Shown here piece by piece: positions 34,174 through 44,687 of a stretch of DNA of 64,000 nucleotides. The first letter of the stretch is position 1. The number at the start of each line of letters is the position of its first letter. Location of the stretch: contig JAMOAB010000031.1 of assembly GCA_023621995.1 (NCBI GenBank), positions 11,951 through 75,950 of the forward strand, in the 5' to 3' direction. Below the pieces are notes generated by a model, which made no database searches, was not told the DNA's origin, and saw nothing but the letters and a program-made list of their open reading frames with translations. Source of the stretch: Bacillota bacterium (GTDB lineage: Bacteria > Bacillota > Clostridia > Caldicoprobacterales > Xylanivirgaceae). Made by a program: the position numbers and the translations under genes.

Positions 34174-35691
34174 ATGTCAAATCATATATACTTTTTTGAT
34201 ACTACTCTTAGAGATGGTGAGCAATCACCAGGGGTCAACTTAAATATGCAGGAAAAGCTAGAGATTGCAAGACAACTGGAGCGGCTTGGTGTTGACGTCA
34301 TAGAGGCAGGATTTCCTGTGGCGTCGCAAGGTGATTTTGAAGGCGTGCGGGCAATTGCAAACACCATTAAAGAGCCTGTTGTAACCGCCCTTGCCCGGGC
34401 GGTTATGGCAGATATAGATAGGGCATGGGAGGCAATACAGGGAGCCCAAAGGCCAAGGATCCATACATTTATAGCTACATCGCCTATCCACATGGAATAT
34501 AAGCTCAAGATGAAACCAGAAGAAGTGCTAGATCAGGCAATATCTATGGTGAAATATGCAAGGAATTTATGTCCCGATGTGGAGTTTTCAGCAGAGGATG
34601 CCACTAGAACAGACAGGGAATTTCTATATAGGGTTATTGAAGATGTAATAGAGGCAGGTGCAACGGTTGTAAATATTCCAGATACTGTAGGCTATTGTAT
34701 ACCTGAGGAATTTGGAAGTCTGATAGCCGACATAAGGGAAAATGTACCTAATATAGATAAGGCGACTATAAGTGTCCACTGCCACAACGATTTAGGTTTA
34801 GCTGTTGCCAATTCCCTGGCTGCAATAGAGAGTGGTGCCACTCAGGTAGAATGTACAATAAATGGCATTGGAGAGCGTGCAGGGAATGCAGCGTTAGAAG
34901 AGATAGTAATGGCTATTAAGACGAGGAGAGACTATCTAAGTTATACTACAAATATAAACACGGAGGCAATATATCGAACCAGTATGTTGGTCAGCAATCT
35001 GACAGCCATGTATCTTCAACCTAATAAGGCCATTGTAGGTAGTAACGCCTTTGCCCATGAGTCAGGGATACATCAGCATGGAGTGTTGAGTCACAGAGAG
35101 ACATACGAGATAATGACTCCCGAATCCATAGGACTAAAGCAGAGCCATATGGTACTCGGTAAACACTCAGGTAGGCATGCCTTTGAAGAGAGGCTCCGGG
35201 AACTGGGCTATACATCACTGGAGCAGAAAGAGATAGGTGAGGCTTTTAAAAAATTTAAGGACTTAGCTGATAAGAAAAAGCATGTACTAGATAAAGATAT
35301 AGAGGCCCTCATAAATCAAAGGGCAATACAGATACCAGAAACTTATGAGCTTCTATACTTTCATATATCAAGTGGCAATACTCTCCTATCTACTTCTACT
35401 GTGAAGCTTAGAAGTGGAGAGGGAGAAGTTGAAGAGGCGGCTTGTGGTTCAGGACCCATAGACGCTACTTTTAAGGCAATAAGCCGGGCAGCAGATTTGG
35501 AAGTGGAGCTTGAAGATTATTCACTTAGGGCAATAACAAGTGGTGCCGATGCACTTGGAGAGAGTACAGTGAGGGTTCGAAAGAATGGCAATACATTCAC
35601 TGGTAGGGGTATAAGCACTGATGTAATAGAGGCAAGTGCAAAGGCATACGTAAATGCAATAAATAAGATGCTCTATGAAATAAATAGCTAA
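34174..35691 (+). CDS. leuA: 2-isopropylmalate synthase
   Basis: [33 protein letters not shown], and a C-terminal LeuA dimerisation/regulatory domain. Confidence 0.93.
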   Translation: MSNHIYFFDTTLRDGEQSPGVNLNMQEKLEIARQLERLGVDVIEAGFPVASQGDFEGVRAIANTIKEPVVTALARAVMADIDRAWEAIQGAQRPRIHTFIATSPIHMEYKLKMKPEEVLDQAISMVKYARNLCPDVEFSAEDATRTDREFLYRVIEDVIEAGATVVNIPDTVGYCIPEEFGSLIADIRENVPNIDKATISVHCHNDLGLAVANSLAAIESGATQVECTINGIGERAGNAALEEIVMAIKTRRDYLSYTTNINTEAIYRTSMLVSNLTAMYLQPNKAIVGSNAFAHESGIHQHGVLSHRETYEIMTPESIGLKQSHMVLGKHSGRHAFEERLRELGYTSLEQKEIGEAFKKFKDLADKKKHVLDKDIEALINQRAIQIPETYELLYFHISSGNTLLSTSTVKLRSGEGEVEEAACGSGPIDATFKAISRAADLEVELEDYSLRAITSGADALGESTVRVRKNGNTFTGRGISTDVIEASAKAYVNAINKMLYEINS

Positions 35692-35721
35692 AATAAAACT
35701 TATTTAAAAGGAGATGGTTGT

Positions 35722-37386
35722 GTTGGGAATTTAGCTAAACCAAAAAGCAAGGTATATGTATATGACTCTACGCTAAGGGATGGTGCCCAAGGCGAGGGGA
35801 TATCTTTTACGGTAGAAGATAAGTTAAAGATAACAAAGATACTAGATAAACTAGGTGTAGACTATATAGAAGGGGGAAACCCTGGCTCTAATCCAAAGGA
35901 TGCAGAGTTTTTTCGCCGGATGAAGGAAGTAGAGCTAAGACATGCAAAATTGGTGGCCTTTGGCAGTACAAGAAGGCCCCATATCAAGCCTGAAGAGGAT
36001 GGGAACGTAGCCGCCCTCCTAGATGCACAGACTGATACCGTTGCTATATTCGGTAAGAGTTGGGATTTCCATGTGACTAATGTGTTGCGGACAACATATG
36101 ATGAGAATTTGAACATGATATATGACACGATTAAATATTTCAAGGATTTAGGCAAAGAGGTAGTCTTTGATGCAGAACATTTCTTCGATGGCTATATATC
36201 AAATGCTACCTATGCCACAGAGGTATTGGATGTAGCTGCCAAAGCCGGTGCCGATTGGCTTGTCCTATGTGATACCAATGGTGGTACCTTCCCATCAGAT
36301 ATTGGGAGGATAGTAGAAGAGGTTGTAGACAGATTTAAACTCCCCATCGGTATACATTGTCATGATGACAGCGGTATGGCAATTGCTAATTCGATAGTAG
36401 CTGTAGAAAATGGAGCAGTGCAGGTGCAAGGCACCATAAATGGCTATGGTGAGAGATGCGGCAATGCAAATCTGTCTGTAATAATACCCAATCTTCAGAT
36501 TAAGATGGAAAAAGAGTGTGTTCCCAATAGACGGCTTAAGACACTTACAAGTGTTTCACGCTATGTAGACGAAATAGCTAATCTCCAATCTGATGAGACT
36601 ATGCCATATGTTGGGAATAGTGCATTTGCCCATAAGGGGGGCATGCATATAGATGCAATACTCAAGGAGCCCATGTCATTTGAACATATAGAGCCGGAGC
36701 TTGTAGGCAATGAGCGGCGTATACTCATGTCAGAGGTGGCTGGGCGCAGTACGGTACTGAGCAAAATACAGAAGGTGGATCCCAATATTACAAAGAATTG
36801 TCCTGAGACCCAACTTATAATAGATGAACTCAAACAATTAGAATATGAAGGATATCAATTTGAAGGGGCAGAGAGTTCCTTTGAACTTATGATAATGCGA
36901 ACTTTAGGTAAAGAGATAGAATTTTTCGAGGTAAAGGACTTTAAAGTGTTCTGTGAAGAACATTGGAGTGGTGACTACAGTGCAAGCGCCATAGTCAAAG
37001 TAGAGGTTGATGGGGTAGAAGAGATAACGGCTGCAGAAGGGGATGGTCCAGTAAATGCCCTCGATCTTGCCCTTAGAAAAGCCCTAGAGGTATTCTATCC
37101 ACAGCTTAGGGCAATGCGTCTTACCGATTATAAGGTTAGGGTGTTAGATGCCACCCTAACCACTGCATCTAAAGTTCGGGTTCATATAGAGTCTACAGAT
37201 GGTAAGAGAATGTGGGGAACGGTAGGAGTATCTACTAATATAATAGAGGCTAGCTGGATAGCCCTTGTAGACTCTATCGAATACTATCTATACCATGAAA
37301 AAGAGTGGAGACAGGACGATCTTGCATCCAATGGGAATGGTAACGGAAATAACAGAAGCATACAAACTACAAAGAATGCAATGTGA
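35722..37386 (+). CDS. cimA: Citramalate synthase-type (CimA/TIGR00977-like) IPMS-family enzyme; start codon unresolved (see findings)
   Basis: The in-frame translation KVYVYDSTLRDGAQGEGISFTVEDKLKITKILDKLGVDYIEGGNPGSNPKD..., HCHDDSGMAIANS, and GTINGYGERCGNANL match the long-form citramalate synthase pattern. The track only calls it from ATG 35920, which would delete the catalytic N-terminus. Confidence 0.75.
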   Translation, partial: VGNLAKPKSKVYVYDSTLRDGAQGEGISFTVEDKLKITKILDKLGVDYIEGGNPGSNPKDAEFFRRMKEVELRHAKLVAFGSTRRPHIKPEEDGNVAALLDAQTDTVAIFGKSWDFHVTNVLRTTYDENLNMIYDTIKYFKDLGKEVVFDAEHFFDGYISNATYATEVLDVAAKAGADWLVLCDTNGGTFPSDIGRIVEEVVDRFKLPIGIHCHDDSGMAIANSIVAVENGAVQVQGTINGYGERCGNANLSVIIPNLQIKMEKECVPNRRLKTLTSVSRYVDEIANLQSDETMPYVGNSAFAHKGGMHIDAILKEPMSFEHIEPELVGNERRILMSEVAGRSTVLSKIQKVDPNITKNCPETQLIIDELKQLEYEGYQFEGAESSFELMIMRTLGKEIEFFEVKDFKVFCEEHWSGDYSASAIVKVEVDGVEEITAAEGDGPVNALDLALRKALEVFYPQLRAMRLTDYKVRVLDATLTTASKVRVHIESTDGKRMWGTVGVSTNIIEASWIALVDSIEYYLYHEKEWRQDDLASNGNGNGNNRSIQTTKNAM

Positions 37387-37420
37387 ATAATATGAAGAAT
37401 CGAAGGAAGGGAGAATGTAT

Positions 37421-38683
37421 ATGGGTATGACTATGACACAGAAAATTCTAGCCCATAGAGCCGGGCTCGGCTCTGTGGAGCCAGGTGAGCTCATAATGAC
37501 TGAGCTCGACCTGGTGCTAGGCAATGACATAACCACACCTGTGGCGATAGAAGAATTTGAAAAGATAGGCATAGACAGGGTGTTTGACACTCAAAAGATA
37601 GCCATAGTTCCCGATCATTTTACACCTAATAAAGATATAAAGTCGGCAGAGCAGTGCAGGCTCATAAGGGAGTTTGCCCGTGGGATGTATATTGAGAACT
37701 ATTTTGAAGTAGGAGAGATGGGGATAGAGCATGCTCTAATTCCAGAGAAGGGCCTTGTGGTTGCAGGTGATGTAGTGATAGGTGCCGATTCTCATACTTG
37801 TACCTATGGAGCGCTAGGTGCCTTTGCAACTGGTGTAGGAAGCACTGATATGGCAGCAGGAATGGCCACAGGTAAGGCATGGTTCAAGGTGCCAGGGGCA
37901 ATAAAGTTTGTACTCAAGGGGAAAAAACAAAAATGGGTAAGTGGCAAGGATATAATCCTCCATATAATAGGAATGATTGGTGTAGATGGAGCTCTCTACA
38001 AGTCAATGGAATATACAGGAGAAGGGGTATCAGAGCTCTCCATGGATGAGCGATTTACCATTGCAAATATGGCCATTGAAGCTGGTGCAAAAAATGGTAT
38101 ATTTGAGGTAGATGATAAGACTATTAGCTATATGAAACAGCATTCAACTAAGGGGTATGAAATATTTAAGGCCGACGATGATGCATACTATAGTGAGATA
38201 TATGAAATAGATTTAGGAGAGATACGCCCTACAGTGGCCTTTCCCCATCTTCCAGAGAACACACGCACAATAGACGAAGTGGGAGAAATTTTTATAGATC
38301 AAGTGGTAATAGGTTCATGTACCAATGGAAGGTTGGAGGACCTTAGGGTTGCTGCAAGCATATTAAAGGGGAATAAAGTCAAAAAAGGTGTTAGGACGAT
38401 TATATTCCCTGCAACTCAGAAGATATATCTAGATGCCCTTCGGGAAGGGCTCATTGAAATATTCATAGAGGCAGGTGCAGTTGTGAGTACTCCAACGTGT
38501 GGACCGTGTCTTGGAGGACATATGGGAATACTTGCAAAGGGCGAGAGGGCTATCTCTACTACCAACAGAAATTTCGTAGGTAGAATGGGACATAAGGATA
38601 GTGAAGTATATCTTGCAAGTCCTGCCGTTGCTGCAGCATCGGCTATTACTGGTAAGATATCTTCACCAGAGGAGGTTTTATAG
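37421..38683 (+). CDS. leuC: 3-isopropylmalate dehydratase large subunit
   Basis: [10 protein letters not shown]..., and aconitase-family Cys motifs (GSCTNGR, CGPCLG). Start candidates are ATG 37415, 37421 and 37427; RBS GGAAGGGAG. Confidence 0.93.
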   Translation: MGMTMTQKILAHRAGLGSVEPGELIMTELDLVLGNDITTPVAIEEFEKIGIDRVFDTQKIAIVPDHFTPNKDIKSAEQCRLIREFARGMYIENYFEVGEMGIEHALIPEKGLVVAGDVVIGADSHTCTYGALGAFATGVGSTDMAAGMATGKAWFKVPGAIKFVLKGKKQKWVSGKDIILHIIGMIGVDGALYKSMEYTGEGVSELSMDERFTIANMAIEAGAKNGIFEVDDKTISYMKQHSTKGYEIFKADDDAYYSEIYEIDLGEIRPTVAFPHLPENTRTIDEVGEIFIDQVVIGSCTNGRLEDLRVAASILKGNKVKKGVRTIIFPATQKIYLDALREGLIEIFIEAGAVVSTPTCGPCLGGHMGILAKGERAISTTNRNFVGRMGHKDSEVYLASPAVAAASAITGKISSPEEVL

Positions 38684-39172
38684 ATGATCAAGGGAAAGGC
38701 ACATAAATATGGTGATAATGTGGATACAGATGTCATAATACCTGCTCGCTATCTAACGACTACAGATTGGGATGAGCTTGCCTCTTATTGTATGGCAGAC
38801 CTAGATAGAGGTTTTGTAGACAAGGTAGAAGCGGGAGATATAATGGTTGCAGGGAAAAACTTTGGTTGCGGTTCATCCCGGGAGCATGCCCCAATAGCCA
38901 TAAAGGCGTCGGGTATTAGCTGTGTAATTGCCAAATCGTTTGCAAGAATTTTCTATAGAAATTCTATAAATATAGGACTGCCTATAATTGAGTGTGGAGA
39001 AGTGGTAGAAGACATAGATGATGGTGATATTGTATCTGTAGATTTTGAGGAGGGTATAATAACCAATCATACAAAGGGTAGAACCTATAAAGGTGTAGGC
39101 TTTCCTCCATTTATGCAAGATATAATGAACTCGGACGGACTTATAGGTTATATAAAGGGCACACTAAAATAG
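38684..39172 (+). CDS. leuD: 3-isopropylmalate dehydratase small subunit
   Basis: [21 protein letters not shown]...[10 protein letters not shown]. It abuts the leuC stop. Confidence 0.93.
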   Translation: MIKGKAHKYGDNVDTDVIIPARYLTTTDWDELASYCMADLDRGFVDKVEAGDIMVAGKNFGCGSSREHAPIAIKASGISCVIAKSFARIFYRNSINIGLPIIECGEVVEDIDDGDIVSVDFEEGIITNHTKGRTYKGVGFPPFMQDIMNSDGLIGYIKGTLK

Positions 39173-39189
39173 GGAGGAGGCATAGTTCT

Positions 39190-40254
39190 ATGATGGTTGT
39201 ATTTATACCAGGAGATGGTATAGGACCAGAGATAACAAATCAAGCTAGAAAGATACTTGATGTGATTGGAAGCAAGTATTCGCGTAAATTTCAATACGAA
39301 TATGCTCTCTTGGGAGGAGTGGCAATAGATGAGGTGGGAGTGCCCCTTCCCCAAGAGACTATCGATAAATGTATGGCTAGTAAGGCTGTTTTTCTAGGGG
39401 CTGTGGGAGGACATAAATGGGATGACCTCCCAGGACATCTCCGTCCAGAAGCAGGGCTCCTTGGAATAAGGAAGGCACTAGGATTATATGCAAACTTACG
39501 TCCTACCCTACTCTTTCCTCAGCTTAAAGCGGCATCCACACTAAAAGAGGAAGTACTGGGTGATGGACTTGATATAATGATTGTACGTGAGCTAACAGGC
39601 GGTATGTACTTTGGTGACAAGGGCAGGGAAGAGGTAGATGGAGACGAGAGAGCATGGGATGTGGAAGTTTATACTGCAAGTGAAATAGAGCGTGTGACAC
39701 GTCTTGCCTTTGAATTGGCTAGAGATAGAGAGGGACATTTGACGTCTATTGATAAGGCAAACGTTCTTGAGAGCTCTAGGTTATGGCGCTCTGTGGTAGA
39801 AAAGGTTAGCGAGGATTATAAAGATGTGACACTAAATCATATGTATGTAGACAATGCTGCCATGCAGCTCGTTCGGAATCCACACCAGTTCGACGTGATT
39901 GTGACAAACAATATATTTGGCGATATATTAAGCGATGAGGCAGGTATGCTGACTGGTTCCCTGGGTATGCTACCTTCTGCCAGTCTAGGCGATGGCAATA
40001 TAGGCCTATATGAGCCAATACATGGTTCAGCTCCGGATATTGCAGGGAAGGACATGGCAAATCCTATTGCAAGTATTATAAGTATTGCCATGATGCTTGA
40101 ATACTCCTTTAATATGAAAGAAGCGGCCCAGGATATATATGGGGCAGTAAAGGGAGTATTAGATAAAGGATATCGAACGGCAGATATAATGGAGCCAGGT
40201 ATGATAGAGATAGGGACTGAGAAAATGGGAGATTTAATTGCACAGGCAATTTAA
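39190..40254 (+). CDS. leuB: 3-isopropylmalate dehydrogenase
   Basis: IPGDGIGPEI..., MIVRELTGGMYFG, and NIFGDILSDEAGMLTGSLGMLPSASL. Confidence 0.95.
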   Translation: MMVVFIPGDGIGPEITNQARKILDVIGSKYSRKFQYEYALLGGVAIDEVGVPLPQETIDKCMASKAVFLGAVGGHKWDDLPGHLRPEAGLLGIRKALGLYANLRPTLLFPQLKAASTLKEEVLGDGLDIMIVRELTGGMYFGDKGREEVDGDERAWDVEVYTASEIERVTRLAFELARDREGHLTSIDKANVLESSRLWRSVVEKVSEDYKDVTLNHMYVDNAAMQLVRNPHQFDVIVTNNIFGDILSDEAGMLTGSLGMLPSASLGDGNIGLYEPIHGSAPDIAGKDMANPIASIISIAMMLEYSFNMKEAAQDIYGAVKGVLDKGYRTADIMEPGMIEIGTEKMGDLIAQAI

Positions 40255-40620
40255 CCTATTGATTTGGACTTTGCGAGGTGCGCAAAATATTAGAGTTGCA
40301 GGACGCTTTGAGATAATGGGCAAATGTGTTTAAAGAGCGATGAAAGGATAGATGTATTTGGGGTTGTAATAATCCCCTAATACTAATATACTTATAATTA
40401 GGTGGAATAGTGTACGCGGCTAGGCTTAGTATTCTTAGCTGCTATCTTTTTATCCTATAACTCTATCTAGGATGTTCTTACTTCTATAGATAATATATAA
40501 ATGCTTCTTTAGACTGCCAATTATTACGTAGGATAATGGACACGTGCACAATATAGAAAAAAACAGAGGTTAGAAGGCTTTGTTTTTATAGGTAACGATT
40601 AACCAATATAAGGAGGAAGT

Positions 40621-41508
40621 ATGAGGGGATATATGCAACCAAGGACCACAACATATAGAGGTAGACGAAGATATACAATAAACAAAAGACGATTTTCCAC
40701 ATTCCTCTGTAGCCTATTTCTTATAATTATTCTTATATTATATATAGTAGTGCCTGATATATTTTCAAATCAATATAAGATAGGGGATTTTGAAGGGGCC
40801 CATCTTGAAGTGTATTTTAAGGCAGCTCGGGATCAGAAAGTACCCTGGTTTTATTTGGCAGCAGTAGATAGGGCAGAGGGGATTCAGGGAGACCAAGTGA
40901 CAGCTGAACGATCGGGAAAGATAGGCCTTTATATACAAGGCGTTGAAACACCAGAGCAGCTTAAAGATTTATTGACGGCTTATAGAAATGATAAGAGGTT
41001 TTTATCAAAGGTAGAGAGGGAAGCAAAGAGATTTAAGTATTTAAATAATATATATGAAAACAAAATATTTCCCATAGCCTTTGGATACGAATATGCATAC
41101 GAAGATGGCTTTGGCGCTAGGCGAGACTATGGAGGGGAGCGAATCCACGAAGGTATAGATATAATGTGTGATTTTGATGTCCCCATTGCCTCGGTATGTG
41201 ATGGGGTAGTGGAAAAGAAGGGATGGCTCGAGTTAGGTGGCTGGCGTCTCTACATAAAGGGTGACGATGGAATAAACTACTATTACGCCCATATGTCTAA
41301 ATATGCAGCAAATATAAAAGAGGGTAGTAAGGTAAAAAAAGGGCAGATAATAGGATATGTAGGAGATACAGGATATGGGTCCATTGGAACAAGTGGTAAG
41401 TTCGATCCCCATCTACACTTTGGCATGTATGAAAAGGGCAAGGCTGTAAATGCATATCCATTTTTAAAGGCATGGGAGCTATATAAGGTAAAACTCAGTG
41501 GAGATTGA
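40621..41508 (+). CDS. M23 (LytM-type) metallopeptidase with N-terminal membrane anchor
   Basis: Arg-rich N-terminus plus a TM. HEGIDI...GDTGYG...DPHLHFGMY are the M23 zinc ligand motifs. Confidence 0.85.
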   Translation: MRGYMQPRTTTYRGRRRYTINKRRFSTFLCSLFLIIILILYIVVPDIFSNQYKIGDFEGAHLEVYFKAARDQKVPWFYLAAVDRAEGIQGDQVTAERSGKIGLYIQGVETPEQLKDLLTAYRNDKRFLSKVEREAKRFKYLNNIYENKIFPIAFGYEYAYEDGFGARRDYGGERIHEGIDIMCDFDVPIASVCDGVVEKKGWLELGGWRLYIKGDDGINYYYAHMSKYAANIKEGSKVKKGQIIGYVGDTGYGSIGTSGKFDPHLHFGMYEKGKAVNAYPFLKAWELYKVKLSGD

Positions 41509-41527
41509 CCTTAAGGAGGTTTTTAAG

Positions 41528-42103
41528 ATGGATGTTAAAGACGCTATACGAAATAGACGAACTATAAGAAAGTATAGACAAGAACCAATAGACAGGAAGG
41601 TCTTAGAGACTCTAATAGAGGGGGCACGACTTGCACCTTCAGCGGCAAATCTACAGCCTCTAGAATATATCATAGTAGATGATGATAAACTCTTAGACCA
41701 GGTATTTGAAACCCTTGCATGGGCGGCATATATATATCCAGAAGGCAATCCTAAAGAAGGGGAGAGGCCAACTGCATATATAGTAGTGCTTGCTAACGCA
41801 GAAGATGGAGGCAAATGGAATGTCCATGATGCCGGCGCGGCCATAATGGGCATACTACTTGAAGCCTATAGCTATGGGATAGGAAGCTGTTGGGTAGGTT
41901 CTGTCAAGAGGAAAAGATTAGCCGAACTTTTGAATATTCCCGGGAAATATGAAATCGATTCAGTTATTGCATTAGGTTACCCTGCTGAGAAATCTGTGGC
42001 AGAGGATATGAAAGATTCTATAAAATATTATAAAGATGATGAAGGGGTTGTGCATGTGCCCAAGAGGAACTTAGAGAGCATACTCCATATAAATGGGTTT
42101 TAG
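41528..42103 (+). CDS. Nitroreductase family protein
   Basis: [16 protein letters not shown]...APSAANLQP is the nitroreductase signature. The ATG at 41528 follows AAGGAGG. Confidence 0.85.
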   Translation: MDVKDAIRNRRTIRKYRQEPIDRKVLETLIEGARLAPSAANLQPLEYIIVDDDKLLDQVFETLAWAAYIYPEGNPKEGERPTAYIVVLANAEDGGKWNVHDAGAAIMGILLEAYSYGIGSCWVGSVKRKRLAELLNIPGKYEIDSVIALGYPAEKSVAEDMKDSIKYYKDDEGVVHVPKRNLESILHINGF

Positions 42104-42117
42104 AGGGGAGGCAAGGG

Positions 42118-43788
42118 ATGAGAAGTAATAGTGTCAAGAGAGGTTTTGAGAGGGCACCCCATCGTTCCCTCTTCAAAGCCATGGGATATATAGACGAAGA
42201 GCTTAATAGGCCACTTATAGGTGTGGTCAATGCCAAGAGTGAGCTCATACCAGGGCATATACACTTAGACACGATAGCAAAGGCCGTAAAAGAGGGGGTT
42301 CGCATAGGAGGAGGTACTCCTATGGAATTCCCCTGTATAGGTGTATGTGACGGTATAGCAATGGGGCATGTAGGAATGAAGTATTCGCTAGCCACTAGAG
42401 AGCTCATAGCCGATAGCATAGAGGCTATGGCCATGGCTCATGGTTTTGACGGATTGGTACTCATACCAAATTGTGACAAGATTGTGCCAGGGATGCTTAT
42501 GGCAGCTGTGAGAGTGAATATTCCAGCTATAGTTGTAAGTGGTGGGCCTATGCTCTCTGGTAAACTGGGAGAACAGGATGTAGACCTGAATACGGTCTTT
42601 GAAGCTGTAGGCGCTGTAAAGGCAGGTAGTATGACAGAAGAAGAGCTATTTAAATTAGAAGAGAGTGCATGTCCTGGTTGTGGTTCATGTTCTGGTATGT
42701 ATACTGCAAATTCTATGAATTGCTTAACTGAGGCTCTAGGTATGGCCCTACCTGGAAATGGAACCATACCTGCAGTATATGCAGCTAGGGTGAGGCTCGC
42801 AAAGAGGACAGGTATGACCATAATGGGTCTTGTAGAGCAAGATATAAAACCTAGAGATATAATGACGGAGAAGGCCTTTGAAAATGCTCTAGCATTGGAC
42901 ATGGCTCTTGGCTGTTCTACAAATTCAGTGCTTCACATTCCGGCAATAGCTAATGAGGCAGATATTTCTATAGATTTAGATATAGTCAACGACATAAGCG
43001 AAAAAACGCCAAACCTATGTAAGCTAAGCCCTGCAGGACCTCATCATGTAGAAGATCTCTATATGGCCGGTGGAGTGCAGGCGGTGCTAAATGAACTGGC
43101 TGGTGAAGAGTTAATACACAAAGACCTTATGACAGTTACAGGAAAGACTGTAGGGGAGAACATAGAAAATGCTCAGATACTCAATAGAGAAATTATAAGA
43201 CCTATATCCAATCCATACAGCAAGACTGGTGGAATAAAGGTGCTTCATGGCAACTTAGCTCCTGACGGTGCAGTTGTCAAACAGTCAGCAGTAGCCAGTG
43301 AGATGCTTGTCCATAGAGGCCCTGCTAGGGTATTTGGTTCGGAAGAGGATGCATTTAATGCTATAATGGATGGAAAGATAAGAGCTGGAGATGTAGTGGT
43401 CATTCGCTATGAAGGACCTAAGGGCGGTCCTGGTATGAAGGAGATGCTGGCTCCAACATCTGCTATTGCGGGCATGGGGCTGGATAAGGATGTGGCTCTT
43501 CTCACCGATGGAAGGTTTTCCGGCGCCACAAGAGGAGCATCTATAGGTCATGTGTCGCCAGAGGCAATGGAGGGAGGCCCTATTGCCCTAGTTGAGGAAG
43601 GGGATATTATATCTATAGATATACCTGCAGGAAAGTTAGATGTAGAGATTTCCGATGAAGAATTACAGCGCAGGAGGCAAGAGTGGGTGATGCCGGAACC
43701 TAAAATAAAGCACGGGTATCTTGGCAGGTATGCCAGTATGGTGACGTCGGCAAGTACTGGTGCGGTACTTAAAAATATAGATAGGTGA
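42118..43788 (+). CDS. ilvD: Dihydroxy-acid dehydratase
   Basis: 556 aa with [37 protein letters not shown], and TDGRFSG. Confidence 0.96.
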   Translation: MRSNSVKRGFERAPHRSLFKAMGYIDEELNRPLIGVVNAKSELIPGHIHLDTIAKAVKEGVRIGGGTPMEFPCIGVCDGIAMGHVGMKYSLATRELIADSIEAMAMAHGFDGLVLIPNCDKIVPGMLMAAVRVNIPAIVVSGGPMLSGKLGEQDVDLNTVFEAVGAVKAGSMTEEELFKLEESACPGCGSCSGMYTANSMNCLTEALGMALPGNGTIPAVYAARVRLAKRTGMTIMGLVEQDIKPRDIMTEKAFENALALDMALGCSTNSVLHIPAIANEADISIDLDIVNDISEKTPNLCKLSPAGPHHVEDLYMAGGVQAVLNELAGEELIHKDLMTVTGKTVGENIENAQILNREIIRPISNPYSKTGGIKVLHGNLAPDGAVVKQSAVASEMLVHRGPARVFGSEEDAFNAIMDGKIRAGDVVVIRYEGPKGGPGMKEMLAPTSAIAGMGLDKDVALLTDGRFSGATRGASIGHVSPEAMEGGPIALVEEGDIISIDIPAGKLDVEISDEELQRRRQEWVMPEPKIKHGYLGRYASMVTSASTGAVLKNIDR

Positions 43789-44062
43789 GTCATACAATAC
43801 AGAGCGCTATACAAAAGATAGTGATATAGATGTGGGTTTTATATCTAAGGTTACACCAGATATGGATCAGAAGCTAAATCTTCTCACGGATATTATCTTT
43901 TTCTTTGGCAGGGATGGAATAGACCTTGTGGATCTATCTATAGGTACGCCTCTATTATTATATGAGATTGCATGTGAATCAAATGTCTTATATGAGGAGA
44001 ATGATAGCTATTTAAGATTTAAGGTAAAAGCGGGAGCACGCTATGCACATGCAAAAAATTGA
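43781..44062 (+). pseudogene. 5'-truncated, frameshifted MNT-type nucleotidyltransferase (antitoxin MntA-like) remnant
   Basis: The in-frame read from 43781 gives ...ERYTKDSDIDVGFIS...IDLVDLSIGTPLLLYEIACESNVLYE. This holds only the DxD part of the minimal NTase fold, and there is no N-terminal GS motif because ilvD ends at 43788. The C-terminus looks shifted at the A6 run near 44054. Confidence 0.6.
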
Positions 44063-44116
44063 GTGGACAGCGAAAGAGCTATCTAGATGGGGCTATAAAT
44101 AGATTGACGGGGAGAC

Positions 44117-44404
44117 GTGGTTATGAGCAGTATTGATGTAGCCGAATGTGGTGTAATAGATATGGATTTTGCCGTTGGTATTGTCCCATCTTCAGGATTG
44201 CGTAACAGACTTGTACATGAATATGAAAAGTTCAATGATGAAACTGTATATAGTAGTATAGATCAAGTGATAAATATGTATACAGAATACATGGTCTATT
44301 TCAAACATGCTCTTTTTATGGTCAATTTGTATGTGGATATTTTATGGTATTCAGAAGGTAGGCTTTCTCATTATGGAGATGCAGACTGTAGCGATGGCCT
44401 GTGA
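44117..44404 (+). pseudogene. HepT/DUF86 (HEPN toxin) C-terminal fragment
   Basis: Contains the HEPN RX4-6H motif GLRNRLVHEYEKF but lacks roughly the N-terminal half of a normal HepT. The tail after about 44300 is unrelated sequence. Confidence 0.55.
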
Positions 44405-44655
44405 GGGGATAGAGATTGTTCTTTATATTGAAGAAGAACGGGGAGGTTCTGTAACGAAGGGGCTAGATCCAGATGTGGCTATCAGTTTTCAAGATGTATA
44501 CTTTTCCTATGATGCTGAGACACTGGTATTGAGGGGAGTGAATCTCACTATTCCTAAGGGTCAGAAGGTGGTCGTTGTGGGTCTATCTGGCAGTGGCAAG
44601 TCTACTTTAGTAAAGCTTATAATGAATTTTTATCAGCCTCAGAAGGGAAAGTCAT
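44380..44655 (+). pseudogene. Internal fragment of an ABC exporter (end of TMD through Walker A of NBD)
   Basis: ISFQDVYFSYDAETLVLRGVNLTIPKGQKVVVVGLSGSGKSTLVKLIMNFYQPQKGK is the start of a type-I exporter NBD. The Q-loop, signature and Walker B are absent. It is embedded in track ORF 44307..44930. Confidence 0.6.
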
Positions 44656-44687
44656 ATATCACTAGCATAATAGGGAGGATGGATGTT

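Noticed and set aside
35689-35722. Stop-codon read-through of leuA into cimA (same frame, no intervening stop)
   Set aside because: A 33-nt linker with its own SD (AGGAG) and nearby GTG/TTG argues for a separate initiation site disrupted by a 1-nt indel. Nothing around the TAA suggests programmed read-through.
37290-37386. Asn/Gly-rich C-terminal tail of cimA (SNGNGNGNNRSIQTTKNAM)
   Set aside because: It is a short low-complexity extension beyond the conserved regulatory domain and is probably not functionally informative. I mention it only as a possible marker for ortholog comparison.
40255-40620. Looked for a c-di-AMP (ydaO-type) or other known riboswitch upstream of the M23 peptidase
   Set aside because: I could not find the conserved ACGGGG/CCCA-type cores or a pseudo-symmetric fold by eye. 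I kept only a low-interest note that the spacer is unexplained.
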